In this document: piece by piece, positions 23,769 to 33,367 of the stretch
Position numbering within the stretch: position 1 is the stretch's first letter
Layout of the letters: each line of letters opens with the position of its first letter
From: Octopus bimaculoides
Taxonomy: Eukaryota
Direction: 5' to 3'
Assembly: GCF_001194135.2 (NCBI RefSeq)
Contig: NC_068981.1
Span: forward strand, 50,902,410 to 50,935,776
DNA length: 33,367 nucleotides
Program-made: the position numbers and the translations under genes
The notes under the pieces: model-generated
The model's database searches: none
The model's input: the letters and a program-made list of their open reading frames with translations, nothing else
Told to the model about the DNA's origin: nothing

Positions 23769-24176
23769 CAGGCACGATCCGTCAGTAATTACTCAGGGTA
23801 GGCAGTTGGTTACGTTTATGTAGTAAAACACTCATAAAACTAAGCGAAACAAGCGCGCGACTAAGTTAGAAGCAGATTTACTACTGCCTTTATAGCGCGT
23901 AAAGAAAACAGTGTTGTAGGAATGTACGCATCACGTGCAGTACAGCAGTGCGATGCGTAGCTTTAATACTGAGATTGAAATGCAGGGACGAATTATGCCT
24001 AACTAATCTGCAAAATAAATAAAACATTTTGCACTTTATGCATAGTAATCAGAGTAACTTTCATAGTTTTATTGAATTAGGTGCATATTTTTGTCATAAA
24101 GGGAAAATGCTATTATCGATCTATTTTATTCAAGGTAGGCACTGCCTACCTTGCCTACCCAGGCGGCACGTCCCTG
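23769..24176. mobile_element. hAT-like non-autonomous element inserted in (AT)n
   Basis: The ends CAGGCACGATCCGTCAG and the reverse complement CAGGGACGTGCCGCCTG match at 12/17 positions. There are subterminal GGTAGGCA repeats, and ATATATAT flanks both sides, compatible with an 8-bp TSD. Confidence 0.55.
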
Positions 24177-24241
24177 ATATATATATAATATAACAAATGA
24201 AAGACAGAAGATGCAATATACGAGAATATAATATTAATGAG

Positions 24242-24340
24242 AACAATTGTTTCGACACATCTAGCATCGACTCCTTATGTGGGCCACACAAAAACTGGTT
24301 CAGGAGCATCCGGTGGTCCAGACGTATCTCGTCGGGGGAT
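24242..24340 (-). ncRNA. Hammerhead-ribozyme-like motif (probably an inactive relic of a PLE terminal repeat)
   Basis: Minus strand: CCGACGA (core CUGANGA with U4 to C), an 11-bp stem II GAUACGUCUGG/CUAGAUGUGUC, then GAAAC-AAUU-GU-U. No convincing stem I. Confidence 0.45.
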
Positions 24341-24425
24341 AAATAAATAAAAATAAATCGTTAAAATGACTGTTCTATAATATATACTTTCTTCACAGAA
24401 TATACCATAGCTAACTACATACATG

Positions 24426-24469
<44 letters not shown>

Positions 24470-24599
24470 ACGTCCTTTACTGACACATTTTACAGACTGA
24501 CTTTCAAAAATTAGCTAAATCACATTTAGTGTTTCAGAGAATAGCAACATCATTAAGGGAGCAAATAGCTAAAACGAAATAATCAATCTTTATCGGTCC

Positions 24600-25200
24600 T
24601 CGCCTTTAACGAGACATCCGCATTATTGAAATTCTACTGTTTCTCCAATTTTGTTCATTTATTGTAGTTCACTTTTCCTTTGCTATGTGACGTTGGTAAT
24701 TTCTATTCCTATAATTCATCCTAATGTAATTGCACAGTTGTAATATTTTGGTGTTTCCTTTATGTATTTAGTTAATCTGTTCTACTGTCCCCGTAGATTT
24801 ACATTATTGTCACTGTTACTTATACTATTGAGGGTTTTCCACTATTATTTTGTTTTAAGCTTGTTTCTTATAAGAATATATAGAGGAGTTTCGACGGTTG
24901 TAGCTGTTACTTTCTATATTTGATTTATTCTTCATCAAGTTAACCTACTTGATATTACTATTGAAGTTGTTAAAATTTGCTTTTAATTCAAAGTGTCTAA
25001 ACTTTATAAAATGTCTTCTATAATAACCACCGTTGAATATAGCATCTGAGATTGAACCTCTTGGAAATTTCGGGTTGATAAATTAGCCTTGTTTCAGCAT
25101 ACGGAAGTCACATTTACGAAAATTATTTGGTGGGACTATTAAGTTTCTCGAATGCATACTTAATGATGAACACCATTGATTTTCAGAGATACATGGCGCA
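24600..25200 (-). mobile_element. Possible degraded PLE GIY-YIG endonuclease region
   Basis: Minus-strand NVNLRGQ*NRLTKYIKET resembles Y.GQT.R.L..RIKEH, with LPY further upstream. Very decayed. Confidence 0.3.
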
Positions 25201-25235
25201 AACTCTGATGGATCTTACACTGTTAGATTATATCA

Positions 25236-26559
25236 CTAGTAGACAGATAGATAAAGGGGTATAATGTAGTGTTTGCATATTTTCGAATGTAAATACTGCC
25301 CTACAATACCATGGCAATTTTTGTATTTGTGTGGTCTCAGCACAGGACATCCCGAGACGAGATGGTCTATTGTTTCGTCAACTGTATTGCAGAATCTGCA
25401 TTTAAGGTCAGAGCTGTTTTGAAGAACGTTAGATTGGTAGTATTTGGTAAGCAAGCTTTGATCTTGTGCCGCCAATATGAAACCTGCAGTTTCTGATTTA
25501 AATCCTGAGCTTCTTAACCACTGATGGGTTGTTGTTCGGTCTACATCAGCTTTTCGGCTTCGAAATATATACTGTCCATGCAGAAGCTTCTGACTCCTCC
25601 GCTCCTCAAGTTATTTCTGCCTGTTCCTTTTGCATTCTGTTTGATCCGTTTTGCCTGTTTGATGGATGTGGTTTCAGGTTCTTCATATAATTTAGGGTTA
25701 TTGCCGAGTTCCCTGGCGAATTTGCAAGCTTCCTTGACAATAGAATGCCATTTTTTGCTGCTTTCGTGTTTGCGTACATGCCGCAGCATCCAGTCATGTG
25801 TGCAAGATAAGTACTTGTTCATAGCTATTGTGGAGATCTTATAGCACAGTTCTACCTGCATCATTCCTTTTACCCCATACTTCTAGGTAGCTACAGACGA
25901 TCAACGTCTGTTTCTTGGTAGTGCATGTTCTTAAATAATAGTAGCTTTCTTGTCTTACAATTATTTGGAGCTATGTAAGATTCCAAATTGTATTGGACTA
26001 GTAGAAGTGCCGGGGTATCAATGGCTACGATGCAATTTTTAGAGATGAGTTCACTTTTTAGTTTGAGTCTTACTCTCCTTTCTTATATTTTCCTTCGTTT
26101 ATCCCCAGATTTTTATAGCTTACTTGTGGGTCGAGCGCCTTGATGGTAGTGTTGCTATCTAATCTAATGGAAACTGTTTGCTTGAGGTTGCCTCTTAAAA
26201 AGTTGCTTTAACACACTCATCAAGGCCAAAATCGATTCTTAACAGTTGTTAATAGCCCTACTAACTCTTCGACATTTCTACCAAACAGCTTCGGATCGTC
26301 CATATAAAACAGATGGTTTACTATATTATACACTTTGAGACTATATCTGGTGTTACTCAGTTCGTTTGAGAGTGGGATCAGTACCATGCTAAAGAGTAAT
26401 GGGGAGAGGGAATCACCTTGAAAGATGCCTCGTTTGATGTTAATGTTGTTAGATTGGCTCTTCCCATTACTATTGTGTAGAAGGAGATGTATATTTTACA
26501 TGGCCATGCCAATTTGTAAGACTTTGCAGACGATAGTAGAGATCTTATATATTTCTATA
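25236..26559 (-). mobile_element. R4/Dong-clade LINE remnant (RT to CCHC finger), copy B
   Basis: Peptides IKRGIFQGDSLSPLLF, NHLFYMDD (26295-26306), DVDRL*LPRS, MMQVELCYK and AAQDQSLLTKYY...CRFCNTVDETIDHLVSGC. Confidence 0.92.
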
Positions 26560-26856
26560 TTTTTCTCTTTATCACAGGTTTTGTTCAAGCACCTGGAGTG
26601 TTGTATGCGTAGCGAGATATACTACCTATAACCGACGTTACAATGGTATCCATTCTTTTCAGCTATCTAATGATTTCCTGATTATTCTTGCCGTTCCATG
26701 TAGGCAAACCTTTTGTAACAGTTCTACTGGGCACTCTTTTCCAATTTAATTACTATTCCTCTTGATGCCTTCTGATAATGTTCCCAAGGACCTAAAAATA
26801 ATTGGCGCTAGCTTCACCTTCACTTTCCAAAGCAAGGCTTTTTCTTACTGAAGAGG

Positions 26857-26857
<1 letters not shown>
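26560..26857 (-). mobile_element. R4/Dong-clade LINE 3' end, copy C
   Basis: Peptide LWKVKVKLAPII...ECPVELLQKVCLHGTARIIRKSLDS* (stop at 26659-26661), followed by a short 3' UTR. Confidence 0.85.

Positions 26858-26932
<75 letters not shown>
26858..26932. repeat. (TAA)n tract, followed by an N gap (26933-27654)
   Basis: Directly visible. Confidence 0.95.
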
Positions 26933-27654
26933 NNNNNNNNNNNNNNNNNNNNNNNNNNNNNNNNNNNNNNNNNNNNNNNNNNNNNNNNNNNNNNNNNNNN
27001 NNNNNNNNNNNNNNNNNNNNNNNNNNNNNNNNNNNNNNNNNNNNNNNNNNNNNNNNNNNNNNNNNNNNNNNNNNNNNNNNNNNNNNNNNNNNNNNNNNNN
27101 NNNNNNNNNNNNNNNNNNNNNNNNNNNNNNNNNNNNNNNNNNNNNNNNNNNNNNNNNNNNNNNNNNNNNNNNNNNNNNNNNNNNNNNNNNNNNNNNNNNN
27201 NNNNNNNNNNNNNNNNNNNNNNNNNNNNNNNNNNNNNNNNNNNNNNNNNNNNNNNNNNNNNNNNNNNNNNNNNNNNNNNNNNNNNNNNNNNNNNNNNNNN
27301 NNNNNNNNNNNNNNNNNNNNNNNNNNNNNNNNNNNNNNNNNNNNNNNNNNNNNNNNNNNNNNNNNNNNNNNNNNNNNNNNNNNNNNNNNNNNNNNNNNNN
27401 NNNNNNNNNNNNNNNNNNNNNNNNNNNNNNNNNNNNNNNNNNNNNNNNNNNNNNNNNNNNNNNNNNNNNNNNNNNNNNNNNNNNNNNNNNNNNNNNNNNN
27501 NNNNNNNNNNNNNNNNNNNNNNNNNNNNNNNNNNNNNNNNNNNNNNNNNNNNNNNNNNNNNNNNNNNNNNNNNNNNNNNNNNNNNNNNNNNNNNNNNNNN
27601 NNNNNNNNNNNNNNNNNNNNNNNNNNNNNNNNNNNNNNNNNNNNNNNNNNNNNN

Positions 27655-27783
27655 TTTGCATATTACCCAGTGAATATATTGTGCAGCTCTATCATGCCTG
27701 TTGAGATACTCTGTAGGCGCAAGCAGACTGCACATGGAGACAACATGATCGATGGTCTCATTTTGTTGTTGGCATATACGACA

Positions 27784-27785
<2 letters not shown>
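27655..27785 (-). mobile_element. R4/Dong-clade LINE fragment (CCHC finger), copy D, running into the gap
   Basis: Uninterrupted CRICQQQNETIDHVVSMCSLLAPTEYLNRHDRAAQYIHWVICK. Confidence 0.9.

Positions 27786-27863
<78 letters not shown>
27786..27863. repeat. (TAA)n tract between copies D and E
   Basis: Directly visible. Confidence 0.95.
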
Positions 27864-27865
<2 letters not shown>

Positions 27866-28903
27866 ATCGCGCTACAACAACTAATCTTAGATACCAAGAA
27901 CTCTCCTAAGTATCCTAGCTGCCCCCAATAACACTGTTTTTCTGCAGCTGTACTAAACTGGCTTTTATGTCTATTTCCTCTATCTGTCTGTTCAGGTCTT
28001 TAGGGATAGTTCCCAATTCACCTATAACAACTGGGATACATTTTAGCCACACAATTCATAGTCTATTGAATTCAATAGCTACGTCCTGGTACTTTGCTAT
28101 TTTTTCTATACCCCACATATTAATGTTTTCATCATTTTGGTCTGTAAAATCAATTATCTGGCACTTTCTATTCCATTTATCTATTGCTACCAAACCAAGC
28201 CTTCAAGCATCTATTAAATTGTCAGTTTGAATTTTGAAGTCCCACAATATCTTATATTTCTTACTTTCTAGAATTTTACTAGCTTTATGTTCATACCATT
28301 TATCAGTAAGTTCAAATCCAAGCTTTCTACAAAGCTACCAGCAGATCACTCTCCCTAGATTGTCTTGTCTTTTCTTGTATTCTTTCTGTGCCAGCATGCT
28401 ATATTCACTTACCATGCTAGTAACGCTTTTCGCCTTTCATTTGTATAATCTACAAATGAAATCTGCTTGGTTTATGTCTATCTTGGCTTTTATCCAATTA
28501 GTACTTAATGTTTTATCTTGTGCAGTTACTAACAACCTTTCTGTCTCTCTCTTCATCTTTCATTTCTTCAAACATAACGATGTCTCACTACTACTATTTG
28601 CTGCAACTATCTTTGGGAATCGACCACGCAACGCTTTCTCTTGCCAGTCAGTTAATTTCTGTTCTTTTTTCTGATTTTTAACTTCGCTTGGGTTTTTGGT
28701 CTCCCTATGTCTTGCTGTGACACTCGCAGCTTTTAATAAACTTTCTTCACTATTGCCTACATAGGAGTCTATATCCACTCTAGCTCACTCCATGCAGTCT
28801 TCTATTGATATTAACCCTCTTCCGCCTTATTTTCTAGATAGGTTTAATCTTGCTACTCCTGTCCTTCATATTGAATTCCTTCACGGTCCTTCTGTCTAGC
28901 TTT
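27864..28903 (-). mobile_element. R4/Dong-clade LINE 3' kilobase with restriction-like endonuclease domain, copy E
   Basis: Peptides GLISIEDC, WQEKALRGRF, ETERLLVTAQD, ILWDFKIQTD, KCQIIDF, EKIAKYQD and GAARILRRVLGI*. Confidence 0.92.
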
Positions 28904-28920
28904 GTTATTATTATTATTAC

Positions 28921-28993
<73 letters not shown>
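28904..28993. repeat. (TAA)n tract between copies E and F
   Basis: Directly visible. Confidence 0.95.
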
Positions 28994-29325
28994 GTTCAGT
29001 AGTTTTATTTTTATAACGTGCTTTCACTTCACTACCGAGCGCAGCTCTGTGCGCCTTGGGTATGTGCTGTAGTTTGCTGTGGTGCTCTTATGGTTACTGT
29101 ATTGAAAGTGTTTTGCGTAGGATGTGTGAAGTGCCCAGTAGTGCAATTTTCTGTATGTTATATATATTTGTAAGTCCTGGTGTTTTTGTTATGTATTTGT
29201 CTGAATATTTTTTTATTATACCTAATATGATAGGAATTGTTTCTGTTTTTAGATTCCACATTCGAGTTATCTCTATTTCCAGGTCTTTGTATTTTGAAAG
29301 TTTTCCCATTTCTTTTAGAGAAACA
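28994..29325 (-). mobile_element. R4/Dong-clade LINE 3' end, copy F
   Basis: Peptide KLSKYKDLEIEITRMWNLKTETIPII...IQKIALLGTSHILRKTLSIQ*, followed by a 3' UTR and the TAA tail. Confidence 0.92.
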
Positions 29326-29446
<121 letters not shown>

Positions 29447-32045
29447 AAACATAGGTACTCATTAGTATTATCACTGTATTTAGGTACAAGGAGGGTTCTA
29501 AATATAGTGAATGTATAAAGATCAGAAGTTGTGTTCAAAGTTTACAACGGCTGTTTCGGCAGTATTTTAATGATGCATTTTTAGATTACAATGAACTACG
29601 CAATTTATGCATAATTATAGATATAAGTAGATGTATATGTGATTGCTGAAATACAAGTTGTGTTTTGTGAATAATGTCTATATCAAGTAGATAATATATG
29701 CATAATATATGCATTCAGCATTCAGTATTTCTGCTGTATTTCTTCTTCATTTAGATATATTAAATTATGATAACAATCTACACCATAATTATACTATCTA
29801 TAGGAAATGAAATTTCTATAATTTGTGAAGCGATTACATCAAATTTCTAAATTTAAAAATGTAATTTCAATATATTTAGCCCGAAACAATTAGACTTATC
29901 ATTCACCATCCAATCCGAAGCAATTGTTACCGTAGATTATTTGCTTTAATAAACGAAATCGATTATTATGCAATAAAACAGCCAAAGAGGTCAGGAAGCA
30001 AAATTACAATTTGTGTGACTAGAATAAGTTGCTCACACGTAGGCAGACGAGAATAATAAACATAAGCATTAATATTAGCTATATTAGAATTATAATCTAG
30101 GAAGTAATATTTCTATATAACGTTATTCACAAGAACTTTTGGAATTAAAAGTCAAAATAATCAATAACATTTTTAGATTTAATTAAAAGTAAGATGATTT
30201 CTAATATAATTCAAGATAATTTTACATCAGATTTATTTTTAATGCTTCAATGCAAGAGAGAAGACGAAGATACGGTAGCCAGTATTTATAGAAATGCAAT
30301 AATAGAGAACTTAAAATTTCGATACGGTTTTAGTTATAATTTTTAACAGAAAGAGGCATTCGGCCGTGAAAGCAGTTGTTCCGAAAGCACATAAATGCAA
30401 ATATCGAAATTTGCAAAGTGCATCCCACCCATAAAAAAGCAAATTGCAGAAAAAAGAATTAGTGTTTTGCTCCAGCTTCGTCAGAATAGAGATGCTTAAT
30501 ATATAGCAAAAAAGCAAAAATTTAACACAAATAATAATAATATAGGAAAAATTAGCCAAATCAATTTACCAGTTTTAATCCTAATGGGAAATATCTATTT
30601 TTAACTGTCAAGAAACCAAAATTCGATTCGTATACCGAATAATGATTTTAATCAACGAGAAAGGTAAGTCCGGTGAGGCGTATATAGACTTTCCTACACA
30701 AGAGTATTAATATGTGTATATATGGCTCTATGTGTTAGAGTATCCGTATGTCCTGTGACTTATATGTTTAAGCTCGGTTCATTATGCACAGAAATATAAG
30801 TATAGAAATGCAGCATTTTCCTATATTGTACTTACATGTATACACACATTCGCATAAATGTATGTATGTCTGTATGTATGTCTGTATGTATGTATGTATT
30901 ATCCATTAACATAACATCAGGGTTAATGTGTACGAAGTTTGGACGATTTATTTAGAACGAGGATTCTGAAACAACGCATTGAAGATCTAGTATTTTCTTA
31001 CAATTACATCGCATTTCGTCAATAACACACTAGATACTACTTAATATATAACCACTACCTAATTGTCTTTAGGATAAAAAACGTCATATGATTTCTTTTT
31101 TAAGATATGAAATATTATAGCTGATAAGTGTTTGGCTGTGCGATCGTGCTTTTCTATATCTAAAAGTAGCAGAGTGAGAAAAACGAATTTAGAAAGAAAG
31201 TAAGTAAAGTATATTGTTGATAATATTGTCACATAGTCGGTATAGATAATCAGAGGTTATCAAGTATACGTACAGGATTAAACATATAAACAAAATATAT
31301 CATTATTGGTTCAAGTAATAATATACTTTAGGAGATCCAATATAGTTTGTGGCAGTATAGCTGTAGATAGATGGTGTATCATTTATTTCACCTTCCCAGA
31401 AAGTTTAATACGGTTAATGGTCGAAGAAATAGATAGATGGTTAGTGAAATTGTATCGTAGATAGAATTATGTACGTGTGTGTGTGCGTGCTTGTTGGTGT
31501 CTGTGTGTGGAGGGGGTGTTCGAGATTCAATATCGAGATAAGTAAATATATTCATAAATGTACTTCTATAAAGTATGAAGATATATACCTATGCGTATAA
31601 TAGCTTCATAAACAACTAGTTTCGTAAGTGATTGTAAATAACATGATGTGTTTAAACAAACGCTAAATTGCTAGATAAACTGTTTGCCGTATATTTAAGT
31701 AAATTGTACAGGAATGTGGGTGACCACTAATTTATATAGATAGGTAGACACGTGTGTTTAGGGGACGCATAGAGCACTAAATATTTCCTGATTATTTGAA
31801 ATAAACGAGGAAGGAATATAATGAACGTAATGTAATTTAAGATTTAGTATCATTCAAAAACGAGTACATTCTACATTGCAATTGTTTTCAATTCATAATG
31901 TGTCTTCCTTTTAGAGGAGGAACTAGCAGGCATAGAAGTTCATAATATCACTAAGTTTCGATTCTTTGACAGATGCTGGTCCTTTTCCTCAGAATGTTGG
32001 CTAGAATTTTGCAGATTACAATCAACGATAAGCAAAGATTGTATT

Positions 32046-32070
32046 ACACGAAGGACACGAAGGACACGAA
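32046..32070. repeat. 9-bp tandem repeat (ACACGAAGG, about 2.8 units)
   Basis: ACACGAAGGACACGAAGGACACGAA. Confidence 0.85.
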
Positions 32071-32327
32071 TACTGCATTGGATTTCACAATATAATATTT
32101 TACTTCTAAAGCTACCTCATATCGTATTTCACTCCAAATCTGTATATGTATAGCACTGTATAGAATCAACAATCGGCATTTTAGTTAACTTTATATTGAT
32201 TGATATGAAACCGATTACTTTGGAAACTATATAAAATTAAATGTTTTATGCCTTATATGTATTTTTATGCACATAAAGATACATATATGGATATGAAATA
32301 GAAGTGATATAAACATAAAGAACTAAC

Positions 32328-32388
32328 ACATAATGGATGCACTCCCCGGGTGTTAATTTTCATATCTTTGAAGTATTTTAATTTACTC
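32328..32388 (-). other. Candidate 61-nt host-gene exon (unverified)
   Basis: A pyrimidine tract TCTTTTATTCTTCTTCAAG acceptor and a GTTAGT donor flank it. A single frame is open: SKLKYFKDMKINTRGVHPLC. Confidence 0.2.
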
Positions 32389-33289
32389 CTTGAAGAAGAA
32401 TAAAAGATATGCACGCGAGAGCTTAATTTAATACCAGATTGTGTTAATGGCGCAGTAAAAGTATGGACCCTTTTATTTCTTTTCTCCTCTTTCTTGCCAA
32501 TCATATATACGTACTTAGATTCTACTATATTCACTTTATTCAATGTAGATCATTAACTATTGTTTTGAAATTCTAGAAAAATTTATTCCGGTTTTTAGTG
32601 TAGAATTAATAATGGAAAGGTTGAATACAATATGGATATAGTGATTTGAAATTTTCGTTTCATCAGTTTTGCGTATATTTGTATCTATGTTGAAACAAAA
32701 CTCTACTTAAATCTATAATATAAAACAACAGTTGTGAAATCAGTATTTCAGATGAAAACAAATATATAACAGTATTTCGTCTGCTAGCAACACGGGATTT
32801 GGTCACATATTGTAAAAATAATAATGTCTGCCTTCCTGACAAAATGAAAATATATAGTATTAAATGCGTATTAACAATAAATACGTATTTATGTGCATAG
32901 GTATAAAAATACGTAAGCCTCTTGAGGTTGATATTTGAAATTACTTCACAAAACACCTATTTTTTCATACATATTTATTCTTAATCTTTACAATATACAT
33001 CTATTGCACATAAATTAAAAATACGGTAATACTTTGAGCTTTAGAGAAATATATGCTCTATATCACCAACGTTAGGGATATGTCATCGACATCAGAAACT
33101 AATTCAGTAAACAAACTGAAAAATATTATAAGAAATTTCTTCATAGAACATCACGACAAAATAAATGTATTTATAACTTCTGATTTCAAAGACACAAATT
33201 AGGACATTTGGAATCATTTAAGTAACTATTATAAAAATAAAACACATGTACAACTGTTCACCATTTACAGACATTCACATACACTCACA

Positions 33290-33312
33290 TATGTATACTT
33301 ATATATATAAAT

Positions 33313-33347
<35 letters not shown>

Positions 33348-33367
33348 TATATATATATATATATATA
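33290..33367. repeat. (TA)/(CA)n microsatellite
   Basis: Directly visible. Confidence 0.9.

Noticed and set aside
32648-32672. Minus-strand CTGATGA…GAAA
   Set aside because: Only 3 nt separate the two core segments, so stem II cannot form.

Overview
This is eukaryotic, AT-rich, microsatellite- and transposon-dense DNA with six N gaps. The SINE families and repeat profile suggest a cephalopod, probably Octopus (inference). I cannot support any intact protein-coding gene, rRNA, true tRNA or CRISPR array. Almost all long ORFs in the track are microsatellite or N-gap artefacts, or transposon remnants. Readable content: tRNA-derived SINEs of at least three families; CR1-group, RTE and R4/Dong LINE remnants; Penelope-like element (PLE) remnants, including a Naiad-type RT; a heavily deleted Gypsy relic; mariner and DD37D Tc1/mariner remnants; and three MITE or foldback elements. 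The most interesting structures are (i) a head-to-tail stack of five R4/Dong copies, mostly separated by (TAA)n tracts (25.2-29.4 kb), (ii) a hammerhead-ribozyme-like fold with a long stem II (24242-24340, minus strand) downstream of a possible GIY-YIG relic, (iii) a TTAA-flanked long-TIR element that splits a LINE, and (iv) a 785-bp foldback element. Host-gene exon candidates are weak and flagged as such. All family assignments come from motif recognition by eye, not from database searches.
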